From a virus (taxonomy: Duplodnaviria; Caudoviricetes): 59,276 bases of DNA. The position numbers were made by a program, and so were the translations under genes. The notes beneath the pieces were generated by a model. That model was not told the origin of the DNA and did no database searches. It saw only the letters and a program-made list of their open reading frames with translations. The stretch lies in IMG/VR virus record IMGVR_UViG_3300030118_002680, positions 1 to 59,276 of that record; one strand, 5' to 3'. Shown in pieces: positions 25,601 to 33,547 of the stretch; positions within the stretch are counted from its first letter, which is position 1, and every line of letters starts with the position of its first letter.

Positions 25601-28165
25601 ATCTAAATCATTAGGGTTGCTTGCCATAGCAGATATAGCCGTAGGTATTGCCATTACTTTACCACCAAGAGCTTCAAGATAACCTTGATACATTACTTCT
25701 TCAAAAAATGCTCCTACTGTTTTAGGAGTTTGGAACATCTCTTTTTCTTTAGCCATGTTATATATATACTCTGAAGATAGTTCAGCTACAGATTGTAAAG
25801 CTCCTGTTTCAAATTCAGTTGCTGCACCTGCACCAAGTACTAATGCTCCTTGTGTTGCACCAATTCTTAATTTACTCTTACCTTCTTGAGCCATCAAGTT
25901 CTTTAAATCTTTTCGGATAAATTCAGCGAAGGTTTTACTTGTAGTGTTTTTATTACTTTTTAATAATGCTCTTCCTACAATACCGTTTACTAAACCTTCT
26001 TGTTTTAATAAGTTTCTAAAACCGAAATCTTCTAATACAGCAGTAGCGATAGCTACCGGATATGCGATTAATCTTTTTTCATTGTCAGAAATATTGTCAA
26101 AGTTTGGATTCATTGACATTTTTTCCATTTGTGCATCGGTACTTTGAGCCATTAACCTTACGATTCTCGTAGCTTTGTTTTTACCTTGGCGAGATTTAAT
26201 CATTTTCTTACCTAACTCAGGACCATATTTTATAGACAACTCAGTAGCTTTTTTACCACCGGTTTTCAGCGCACCAACAAAAGCAGGAATAGAATAAAAC
26301 ACCCCATGCGTAGCTTTTTGCAAATCATTACCGTTATTTTTGTAAGCCTTTCTAATATATTCTTGAGGTAAATCTTCTTGCCCTATATATCTACTTAGAA
26401 CTTTATTAAAAGCCTCTCGACTTCCTTCTTCTAATCCTCTAGCTCGGAAATCTGCACGCCCTGTATATATATTTCTATTAAAAGCATCCCCTCTAGCTGC
26501 ACTCAATGCTCTATCAAACGCACTTACTTTGGTGCCATCAGGTAAAGTTATGATGCCTTGACTTATACCTGAGAACTCGCCTTTAAACAAGTTACCATCA
26601 TCATATATTTCTGACGCATAAAAACCGGTAGGGTCTCCACCTCTTTCTCTAAAGGCATTCATAGCTACTGTTTTATAGGTGTCACCCGTATATTGTCCTA
26701 ACTCTCCATCGTCATTAGATATATTTTCAAACAATACCTCACCATTTTGAGGTCCTAAATCAGCCATTATATTTTTTAATCTGAGCTCATCATAAGCATC
26801 TAAATTTTTTCCTTTGTTAAGTATTTCTTTTATCTCTATCAACTCATCGGTAAAAGCATCTCCTAAAATTGTGGTGTCATCAAGCTTATATTTAGTCTCT
26901 CCGTTTTGTGATAGCGCATCCATTGCAATATCCAAATGAACATCATAGTTTTTTGCAACATTATCAGGCGTAAAATTACCTATTAAACTTGCAAGACCTG
27001 TACCTATTTCTTCAGGAACACCTATGATAGCACCACCAATACCTTCTAATAATGAATTACTGAGTCTTTCTACAAATAACATTCCCCCTTTACCTCTATC
27101 CTGTCTCATCTGTACAAACTCACCTACCATCGCATCAAATTCTGCACCCTTAAGCATAAAAGCTTTTTGCCTAGCACGCAGAGATTTTTCTGCCATGTCT
27201 AGTCTTTCTGTTGCCATTAAATAAGTGTTGTAATTAGGGTCGTCAGCTAGCTCTTCAGGAGTTTTTCCTCCAAAAGCATTCCTATATATTCTGTCAAGTC
27301 TAATTTTTTCAGCAGAGTAACCTTTAACATCCTGCGCAAACCTATCTACTTGTGTATTAAAAAGAGTATTCAAAGCCATCAACTCTTTTTCGTTTTGAAT
27401 TTTATTTAGCTTCTCTTCTTCCTTTCTTAATCCTGCTCTAAATGCTGCTTCTGAAGCTTCTTTGTTGTCTTGTAAAAACTTTTTTAATTTATTAGCTCTT
27501 CTTTCTGCACCGAATTCTACACCTTCAAAAAATGGTATACCATATGCATCGAGAGGTATAGTTATTTCTTGGTCATTAGCTGAGGTTACCTTCATTCTAT
27601 CTCCTAAGCTTGTCTCCTCAAACTTAAAACCATACTGACCAAACTTGTAGTTCATTTCAGGAACCACAGCTTCTTCTTCTCTATCAGATGTTAACTCTTT
27701 GTCTATGGAATTGATGCTAGCTTCAAAGGCATTCTCTCCTACATTTGTGCTGTATTCATCAGATAAAATACTTTGTGCGAATGGGTCAGATTCATCAAAG
27801 GTCGACTGACTCAAATAAGATTCCGATGTAATATCGTCTCCTGTTAAACCTGAAGGAGAACCCGAAGGGGATTGAATTCCCATTTCCGGTGGAGCTTGTT
27901 GAGTGAATGGAAGGTCCGGATTTTTTTTTTCATCTTTCACCTCAACATCTTCCACAATTTCTTCACTTGAAACCACGGTATCACCTAAAGAATACTGCTG
28001 ATTAAATTCATCTTGACTTTTTGTATATAATCCCTGTTGAACAGCTACATTATAAACCTTATCCCTATAAGCTTCATCTTGATACTGCTGCTCAAATTCA
28101 TCATAGGATTTGGTGTAAAGCCCTTGTTGAGTTAATACGTTATAAAGCTTTTGTAAGTTCTCCAT
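19679..28165 (-). CDS. Giant internal virion/ejection protein of polyvalent type with zincin metallopeptidase motif
   Basis: 2828 aa, mainly helical; RGFY...IHID...HEAFH...EERLAE; last of three large genes after the tail genes. Confidence 0.7.
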   Translation of the reverse strand: MENLQKLYNVLTQQGLYTKSYDEFEQQYQDEAYRDKVYNVAVQQGLYTKSQDEFNQQYSLGDTVVSSEEIVEDVEVKDEKKNPDLPFTQQAPPEMGIQSPSGSPSGLTGDDITSESYLSQSTFDESDPFAQSILSDEYSTNVGENAFEASINSIDKELTSDREEEAVVPEMNYKFGQYGFKFEETSLGDRMKVTSANDQEITIPLDAYGIPFFEGVEFGAERRANKLKKFLQDNKEASEAAFRAGLRKEEEKLNKIQNEKELMALNTLFNTQVDRFAQDVKGYSAEKIRLDRIYRNAFGGKTPEELADDPNYNTYLMATERLDMAEKSLRARQKAFMLKGAEFDAMVGEFVQMRQDRGKGGMLFVERLSNSLLEGIGGAIIGVPEEIGTGLASLIGNFTPDNVAKNYDVHLDIAMDALSQNGETKYKLDDTTILGDAFTDELIEIKEILNKGKNLDAYDELRLKNIMADLGPQNGEVLFENISNDDGELGQYTGDTYKTVAMNAFRERGGDPTGFYASEIYDDGNLFKGEFSGISQGIITLPDGTKVSAFDRALSAARGDAFNRNIYTGRADFRARGLEEGSREAFNKVLSRYIGQEDLPQEYIRKAYKNNGNDLQKATHGVFYSIPAFVGALKTGGKKATELSIKYGPELGKKMIKSRQGKNKATRIVRLMAQSTDAQMEKMSMNPNFDNISDNEKRLIAYPVAIATAVLEDFGFRNLLKQEGLVNGIVGRALLKSNKNTTSKTFAEFIRKDLKNLMAQEGKSKLRIGATQGALVLGAGAATEFETGALQSVAELSSEYIYNMAKEKEMFQTPKTVGAFFEEVMYQGYLEALGGKVMAIPTAISAMASNPNDLDLVSDEAFGWYQEMLKDPQYKKFFVTNLKQRVADPNDPLTQAGADGLLENYNKIEALMPQIPSDYTVQQSRVALNLLLEKQNIENKITGKDKQLTKSDQNRIAEINEQLENITVIAAQEQQAAEDAESKIQEFGTTATQTETSEELDEDSDITAQEKEDIQEAFGTETEAEQTQDNLFFNRKGKQEGALDKEQKSTRNKVINRAVKAAQALAKNFKTKIVLHESSDEFNKATGRGGRGFYDFDTNTIHIDMNKASETTVAHEAFHAMLFERLGEANVAKAVNTLTKGVMSAVDKNSLLYKKADAFSKQYKDQGMTAQNEERLAELFGIMSSRYQRLDRPAQSAILNFLKSTARTLGIDKLIDISPNITQQDAQVVDLLNTLADKITMGQEIFTDEFKILEKSEPFSDNGVAATVNPKGKVEKVPGREQKVFKGDNVSDLPIITLNDFAEQHNGNIYVINSDATALDPDKGLLGGFGYAALKENNENGVGFASLNSGKALSNMDKLKKKYKAGDRVGVAVMIQTPDAMYGNMYGAEFFYDAIEDLQKKDPKAYAAFAEELASYKNNRMGGALSQEMQDMIKDPQSVSPEEFVEAMKNENFDRRRYYMEGVIPKNKDLKTNVKTPGYKKAFLDNGTNTQDFVLEFGDKALLGENFLKENKGGYVVGGFTYVVPEDTKSLVDGVQDKGITHPFFVGKVPSEPNSAVIFDGLYSVKTSLQPYMPETLIGDKTKTEEINERVREQYPDDKSYNKKRIANKPLDQRTYTDLTGVNKIAFKNKNKDLMVVGKANAVSMIAQSKLPLFETITEKITETPRGREQKEIVDIITEGRDMNFRDEVIKDFLVRTKGYPASVVNNLMNIDVDLFNTLPKAFANIKGGMEAGIKLFQRVKAFEQKLIRGNKRRKVKLTEQQIADQTIEFLQKQPEYINEGDGSKNLTTKQALLQVEFQRAVGTRTSENVQEKLTAARRMVQERRRGAKDLQKAKAAIRNFIRKSLPADIYTRSEVMSLIRKVTNANESNIENIFEEVLEFVNKKNNTRLESKIENILNGKYETKVAGRKKGAKISLKIKERIQKIKQDRLSKNSTVQQIEAENEALTQEFNEIAAKSKMTEGDFDRMVDLQVLINLNNALLMENTDVNKTGALDTALATLEEMVQQGRSELKQELEDAHNKYNKNASIAYEEVTGEKADLGDKGKRKEADLKNKQRLEEKKNKLKGVLKKFVTKINTGVKKFFNEAEALDGLMDLISKLPGEMFGGRLQEMVTGRVDASSRKFKARMMQQEDIIAKKFEELYGKKWRNKVRDNNKPDKKATYLLDPKAVEDAKKAYEQDPSLKNKENLKKVLFKNEVHLPQNVMMYYYNLYKDPANKGAFEATFGEDYKRIMDEMISNMDEKVKEFADWQVNEFYPALYEHYNKTYKALYRTNMPWNRFYAGMIYRNDPEGNAIEQEPLDMLSDKSIMNTSVGASSTKFRTQNNLPIREMNNMNVMATYLRDMEYFAAYGETIRDIHKMFSNKQVSQAIESIHGQYVNRLIKNMLAKIANRGVSNNRADRFINQMNNLFIFSRIGLNPTVMIKQLTSMITYANDIGYVNWLKYSLKNIPQIKKTFKEISENSVYMQDRNRQSITRVIESYTEDGMMEFVPNQYWDFYVNFIMYSTKFGDKAAIYLGGMPNYLYYKDQALKRGLTEDQAKKEAILKFEKDTKRTQQSMDLQDRDFYQTSGALYRGMNMFLTTPKQYLRKEIQSTRNLFRKLIAWDRNAGKGTLSENLRTFITYHILAPTLFQYVALGLPGLLRPVRPEDEEDLVRAMVVGNLNALFIIGDVVNQVVDVIQQKPYAGKQGKSIAPLMSIARISQLATRALNTKDPKKRAENFGKLYTEIVNTTGLPATQVTRFIDNLEKMGKGGDVGTQILRLFNFSDYVIEGPKKKSSSRKTKTLQELNEEYYREQERLQRQRKNMSKNSVFAPKGNTKRKSVFAPKR

Positions 28166-28178
28166 TCTTCAATTTTAT

Positions 28179-30185
28179 TTAATCGAGTATTCCTGAGGGT
28201 CCTTCACCTGACCTTCTTGGTCCTGCAAAGTCTGCCATGAATGCTTCTTGTGCTGCGATATTTCCAACAGGAGTTCCACTTCTAATATAGTCAATTAATA
28301 AGTCTAACTGCTCCTGCATATTATCCTGATTTGTAAAGAATATATGTGGCTGTTCACCATCAGCAGCACCCGGTCTCTTGATTTCTAAGAAATTCGTTCC
28401 TTTGCCTTTTAATTTAAAACTTGGATTGTTAATGGTAAATCCAAGCCCTTGAATGTACGGAGCTAATTTTGTTTCAACATATGCATCATCAGTTTCTATT
28501 CCACCGTCTGCATTCATAAGAATGTTTTCTTTTGTTATAGCTTTGTCTAAATATCTACCTAAGTATTCTTGCTCACTCTCGATTGTCTCTGTTCCTGCAC
28601 CTGCACCTGATGGAGTCAGCGAACCAAGGTTGATAGTTCTACCTATTATATAATCAGGAGAGTCAGGGTTGGTATACTTATCGTCAGTAATCATTTCTCC
28701 TGCAGGAAGTTTTCTTTGTTCCTTTCTACCATCTTCAAACTCGAATATAACGAATTCTTTATTCTTAGGGTCTGTATATATAGATTCAATTTTTCCTGTT
28801 CTTATACCACCTGCTAAATCAACACTATCTTTTATGTTAGATATACCTGTTAGCAATACTGCAGACTCTGCAAAATCATCAAAGCTCATTAAATTTCCTT
28901 GAGGGTCTGTTAAAGGAACTTTTTTAGTTACTCCTCCCTCAGTTATATATATTATATTACCTTGTTTTCTAACCCTATCTGCGCCTAGTAAATCTCTGAA
29001 GTAAGTTTCTGATGCTGCAACCTCTTCAGCAGTTCCATAAAATATATCACCTAACTTATTGAATGTTACTTTATCTTTCTTAAGTTGGTCTCCTTTTGCA
29101 ATATTAGTAGAACTCTCGAATGGTTGTCTACTTCCTGTGGCTTTTATCTTTTTATCTACGGAATCATTTAGTCTTTGCTTAATAGCATCTTTTACTACTT
29201 TCTTTTGGTCATCAGTAAATTCAGGCTCACCACCTGCATTATTATCTCTATTCAAATAGATTTCGTTTGCCTTTCTTTTCTTTGGGTCTTTCTCATAAGT
29301 AAAAGTATAAGGTACTTTTTTACCATCTACTTCAACCATTAAGTTTTCATTAGTTAAAATAGAAGTTACATGGAATGGGTTAGCCATCATAGCATCTGCC
29401 GTGTAACCTGCCCACTCATTATATTCTTTAATTAACTCTGCATCTCCACTATATTTTCCACCTTGTGATGTGGTTGTAACAATAAGGTCTAACCCTCCTT
29501 CTTTTCCTGATAACTCAAGAGCTAATTCATCAATTAATCCTAAATCATCTACTGCAGTATTAACTTCACTTCTTACATCAAAATAATCATAAGTACCTTG
29601 AAGGTTACCCATCAGTTCAGGAACCGTTTGGAAGCTAGATGGGTCGGTATCCATCTTGCCATCTTTCCATAAACCAATTGAAACCATTCCACTATTAGGA
29701 TTGATTAATGCTTTACTATTTTTTAAGTTATATAATCCTTCTGCCTGCTCCATTTTCCATTGCTCTAACATTTGAGACCTAGTTGCAGGGTCAGCCGAAT
29801 TCATTCTTTCCATCTTAAGTTTAAATGCTTCTTGATAAGCTTCACCTAATTTAAACATCATGCTGTTAGAGGAGTTTAAGTTAGCACGAACTCTTGAATA
29901 TTCTCTAGGTTTTATAATACCTTGTCTTAAAAGTCTATCTTGTGTAAGTAAAACTTGCTGTGCATCAGCAGCATAATCAGCAATAAAAGTATTTCCATCT
30001 ACATAATCTCCGGTGGGTGCATTGTTTAATGTTTCCACCATTTCACGAGAGCGTTCTTCAATTTCTTTTTTTGATTGCTCTCTTACTTTAGCTTCTTCAC
30101 TTAATATAGTGGTGAATTGCGTTGCTACAGCTCCCCAATCTACTTGGTCTGTGGCTTCCCTTCTGACATATCCAAATTTACTCAT
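28179..30185 (-). CDS. Putative internal virion protein
   Basis: 668 aa; lies between the small and giant internal proteins. Confidence 0.55.
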   Translation of the reverse strand: MSKFGYVRREATDQVDWGAVATQFTTILSEEAKVREQSKKEIEERSREMVETLNNAPTGDYVDGNTFIADYAADAQQVLLTQDRLLRQGIIKPREYSRVRANLNSSNSMMFKLGEAYQEAFKLKMERMNSADPATRSQMLEQWKMEQAEGLYNLKNSKALINPNSGMVSIGLWKDGKMDTDPSSFQTVPELMGNLQGTYDYFDVRSEVNTAVDDLGLIDELALELSGKEGGLDLIVTTTSQGGKYSGDAELIKEYNEWAGYTADAMMANPFHVTSILTNENLMVEVDGKKVPYTFTYEKDPKKRKANEIYLNRDNNAGGEPEFTDDQKKVVKDAIKQRLNDSVDKKIKATGSRQPFESSTNIAKGDQLKKDKVTFNKLGDIFYGTAEEVAASETYFRDLLGADRVRKQGNIIYITEGGVTKKVPLTDPQGNLMSFDDFAESAVLLTGISNIKDSVDLAGGIRTGKIESIYTDPKNKEFVIFEFEDGRKEQRKLPAGEMITDDKYTNPDSPDYIIGRTINLGSLTPSGAGAGTETIESEQEYLGRYLDKAITKENILMNADGGIETDDAYVETKLAPYIQGLGFTINNPSFKLKGKGTNFLEIKRPGAADGEQPHIFFTNQDNMQEQLDLLIDYIRSGTPVGNIAAQEAFMADFAGPRRSGEGPSGILD

Positions 30186-30192
30186 ACTGATT

Positions 30193-31236
30193 TTAATTTA
30201 TAGAACTTCTTAACGTAGCTACCTCTGCTTGCTCCTCTACTGTTAATCCTCCACCAAAACTCATTTTATTCATAAGCTCTTGTAGTCTAGCCATTTTTGC
30301 CTCATCAGTCATCATAGTATTAACTTGAAGGAAATCACTCGGTGGAAGAGGGTCAGCATTACCTGAGTCCATAGTTTGATTTTGAAACGCTTGTTGTCGG
30401 TTTGCTGTCAATCCTAATCCATATTGGGTTTGATACGATTGACTTCCAAATAACGTAGCTTTTTGGTCTGCATCAAGACCTCTTCTGAATTGTCTAAACT
30501 CTCTGTTGGTCATACCGGGGATTCTAGTCAAATCTAAATTAGTAAATCCTTCTCCTGCTGCTTCACCCATGCCTACATCTACATTACCTATCGCTGCAAA
30601 TTCATCAGCCGTCAATTGTGTATTTCCTAAAGCTGCTTTTTGAAGAGCTGTGTTTTGTTGATATAAAGGTATTTGAGATAGCCCTGTCTGTAATGCCGTA
30701 CCTGCTGCAGAAATACCTGCTTGCGTAGATGCAGCAGCCATTCGTTGAGCATCAGCAGCAGCTCTTTGCTGTCCTTCTATTTCTCCTAAATCTAATTGTA
30801 CATTGAGGTCTCTTAATCTTGAATCTTCTTTTGCCACAGCCATTTCAATAGCTTGTTGTTCTTTACTCATAGCAGCACGAGTCTGTGCCTGTGCTTGATT
30901 CTGTGCTTGTTGTAATCTTCCTGCCGTTGCAGCTACTCCTCTTTGGTCTCCTTCTCTCGCAGCATCTAAAGCCGTAGCTCCTGCCTGTAGCATTGCTTCT
31001 CTTTGTAATTCATATGGTTCTTTTTTAATTGCTAGTTGCTCCATATAATTTACATTCAATCTTTTACGAGCTCTACGCATCATTGCTTCAGCTTCTGACT
31101 CTGCGTCTCTCTGCGCTCTTTTACTTTTACCGGCTTGAGCAAAGGAAGCAGCACTTGAACCTACAGCAACTGCTGTAGAGCCAATAGCTAACCACCCTGT
31201 CAAACCAATTGTTGCTGCTGTTGCGACTCCTGCCAT
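30193..31236 (-). CDS. Putative internal virion (ejection) protein, Ala/Gln-rich
   Basis: Hydrophobic Gly/Ala N-terminus followed by coiled coils, as in T7 gp14-like proteins. Confidence 0.6.
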   Translation of the reverse strand: MAGVATAATIGLTGWLAIGSTAVAVGSSAASFAQAGKSKRAQRDAESEAEAMMRRARKRLNVNYMEQLAIKKEPYELQREAMLQAGATALDAAREGDQRGVAATAGRLQQAQNQAQAQTRAAMSKEQQAIEMAVAKEDSRLRDLNVQLDLGEIEGQQRAAADAQRMAAASTQAGISAAGTALQTGLSQIPLYQQNTALQKAALGNTQLTADEFAAIGNVDVGMGEAAGEGFTNLDLTRIPGMTNREFRQFRRGLDADQKATLFGSQSYQTQYGLGLTANRQQAFQNQTMDSGNADPLPPSDFLQVNTMMTDEAKMARLQELMNKMSFGGGLTVEEQAEVATLRSSIN

Positions 31237-31751
31237 ATTTTTTTTATTTTTTTTATGACCTTTTTAGGAAGGTCTTTATAGTTATTTGTGTAAACATCTG
31301 CTTCAGCTTCTTCAAAAGTCTTAGCATTTGTTTTATATACGCAACACCAAGTTGTATCTTCGTGTATATATAATACTCTTTGGGTGCCTATTTTAGTAAA
31401 TATTTTATGTGGACCCTCTACCGTTCTGACAACACCCTTGTCATCCAAGTAAGAAACCACTCCTTTTAATACAAAAGAGGGATGGTCTTGTTTGTGTATC
31501 ATACTCACAACCACCATTCCTTTCGGCATAAATATTTCTCGAGTATACAGCCCTCCTTCTAAATGCTGTTTTAAAGGTAAAGTTTCTTTTAATTCTTCAC
31601 TTTGTTCAGCACCTGCTTCATGATTCATAACTCCTTCAAGAGTATTCAATTTTTCTTGAAAAAGTTTTATTTTATCCCACATTATACCTGTTAATTGTGG
31701 AATACCTCCTAATACCCTTTCTGCAAGGATTGACTCTTGTCCATCAACCAT
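31200..31751 (-). CDS. Cupin-fold protein
   Basis: H...GLYTREIFMPKG..VVS.IHK..H...LKG...GTQRV..IHEDT.W. Confidence 0.6.
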   Translation of the reverse strand: MVDGQESILAERVLGGIPQLTGIMWDKIKLFQEKLNTLEGVMNHEAGAEQSEELKETLPLKQHLEGGLYTREIFMPKGMVVVSMIHKQDHPSFVLKGVVSYLDDKGVVRTVEGPHKIFTKIGTQRVLYIHEDTTWCCVYKTNAKTFEEAEADVYTNNYKDLPKKVIKKIKKIWQESQQQQQLV

Positions 31752-31769
31752 ACAACAAAGATACTAAAA

Positions 31770-32606
31770 TTAAGGAAAACTTTTCATTACATCCGATTCT
31801 ACAACAAATAACTCCGATGGGGTTGTAACATCTAATGTTAGTTCAAATATGCAATAATGACCTAAAACTCCGTGTGATTCAGCTATTGGATTCTTAATAA
31901 AGAACCAATAATCGTTACTTACAGGTAAAACTGTAGGTTGTGGTGAAGGAAATGGTGGGTTAGCTGTAGAGTTTATTGTGATTGTAAATACATTTCCAAC
32001 CCTAGTTATACTAGTTAATACACCTGCAAACTGAGGGGTACTGTAGCTTGGTCCTACTGCAAAATACATGAAGTCTCCAACGCTAATGATACTTCCTACA
32101 TTGATTCCTGCAGGAAAAGTTATAATTATATTGGCAGGGTCAGTAGTATCAAACGAATCACCTACACCAATACCATTTACACTTCTCAACTCCCATTGAC
32201 TTTGGTCTGTGTTAGGTCCTGTTGGTCCATCGTTTCTTACAAAAGCAAACCATGCTCCTTCTTTTTGCTCAAAGTATGCAGCTTCTATTTCACCATCAAA
32301 CTGAATGTCTGTTTCTAAAGTAGCTGACCATGCGTCATCACCTTCTAAGTTTAATGTTTTAAATATTTTATTTTCTAACGGTTGCTCGTTAAATACACTT
32401 GTAATTCTTGATGGGTATTGTTGACCATAATAATTGTTTCTTATCTCATTTGTATTATGTCTCCACAAGTTTCCATTTTTAAATGTATATAAATATTGAT
32501 TCATCCCTTTAATAAATTCAGGACAATAGGTATAGAACGAAGGGAAACCTTGTGAGTCTTCGCTATAAGTAATAGTACATTTATTTTCTTCGGTTATTGG
32601 TATCAT
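31770..32606 (-). CDS. Tail protein (resembles the C-terminal part of stabilization/nozzle proteins)
   Basis: TITYSE...GFPSFY...PE...YTFKNG.LW.HN...RNNYYG...FNEQP...KIFKTL.LEG. Confidence 0.55.
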   Translation of the reverse strand: MIPITEENKCTITYSEDSQGFPSFYTYCPEFIKGMNQYLYTFKNGNLWRHNTNEIRNNYYGQQYPSRITSVFNEQPLENKIFKTLNLEGDDAWSATLETDIQFDGEIEAAYFEQKEGAWFAFVRNDGPTGPNTDQSQWELRSVNGIGVGDSFDTTDPANIIITFPAGINVGSIISVGDFMYFAVGPSYSTPQFAGVLTSITRVGNVFTITINSTANPPFPSPQPTVLPVSNDYWFFIKNPIAESHGVLGHYCIFELTLDVTTPSELFVVESDVMKSFP

Positions 32607-32607
32607 A

Positions 32608-33537
32608 TTATGGACAATTTACTAAGTTAGTTATTACTCCGTTTGCATCTACAGTCATTTGCTTTTGACCGGATGGAGGATTTATTGTATAGGAACCGGC
32701 AGGTAATTTTGTTTGACCACTTCCATCAGTAAATACAAACTCAAATACTGCAGGCTCTCCTGCAGTCCCACCTCTATTCGGTGCAGCATAACAAGCACCT
32801 TCGGTAACAGCACAATTTTCTCCTTCAACTCCCATAGGTGTAGCTGTCAAGACTACCGGACAATTAATTTCTAAATCCCATTGTGTTCCACAAAAACCTA
32901 CAACTGATACTAAACATGTATTAGCAATATTAGTTGGTCTTGGTATTACTAATGTACAATATCCCGGTGGACCTGCTGTTAAGTTTACATCAGTACCTGT
33001 TCCGGTAACAACTCCTGAGTTTCCTATCACATCATATTGTGAGGTCACAACATTATACTCATATTCATCTAAATTACTATATCCTCCTGCATTTAATGTA
33101 GCAGCAATTCCGGGTGTACAATCGCTACCTGTGTTTCCAAGCACCACATAATTTCCGGGTGTGGCAGATGCTAGATATCCAAAGTTAGGACTTGTAACCT
33201 CGTTGTAAGTAACGGCATCAAATAAAACTCTGATACCATCAGGTACACTTTGAGGACTAAAGTATATAATCATTGCACCCAATTGTGTGCCTGTATCAAA
33301 TGTAAGGTTGTAAATACCTGTGTTTCCACTTTCTGTTATGGTACTAGCACAGCTTGTATTACAAGAAGGACAAGTCGCAGCATTTAATAATGAACAATTG
33401 AACTGCTGTCTAACAATTGTACCATCAGAATAGAATCCATCTGCTGCACATATTGTTAAATTGATATCATCAAAAACTGCAGTTGCAGTTGCTAATGTAT
33501 CTCCGTCTATAAAATAATTTCCTAAAGTTGCTGCCAT
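32608..33537 (-). CDS. Virion structural protein (Cys/Gly/Thr-rich)
   Basis: ATAVF.D..L...AADGFYSDG...R motif; tail gene context. Confidence 0.6.
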   Translation of the reverse strand: MAATLGNYFIDGDTLATATAVFDDINLTICAADGFYSDGTIVRQQFNCSLLNAATCPSCNTSCASTITESGNTGIYNLTFDTGTQLGAMIIYFSPQSVPDGIRVLFDAVTYNEVTSPNFGYLASATPGNYVVLGNTGSDCTPGIAATLNAGGYSNLDEYEYNVVTSQYDVIGNSGVVTGTGTDVNLTAGPPGYCTLVIPRPTNIANTCLVSVVGFCGTQWDLEINCPVVLTATPMGVEGENCAVTEGACYAAPNRGGTAGEPAVFEFVFTDGSGQTKLPAGSYTINPPSGQKQMTVDANGVITNLVNCP

Positions 33538-33547
33538 ATCTTAATTT

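Noticed and set aside
19679..28165. Virion RNA polymerase as in crAss-like or N4-like phages
   Set aside because: No DxDxD catalytic motif found; the DFD near 24.88 kb belongs to the metallopeptidase strand
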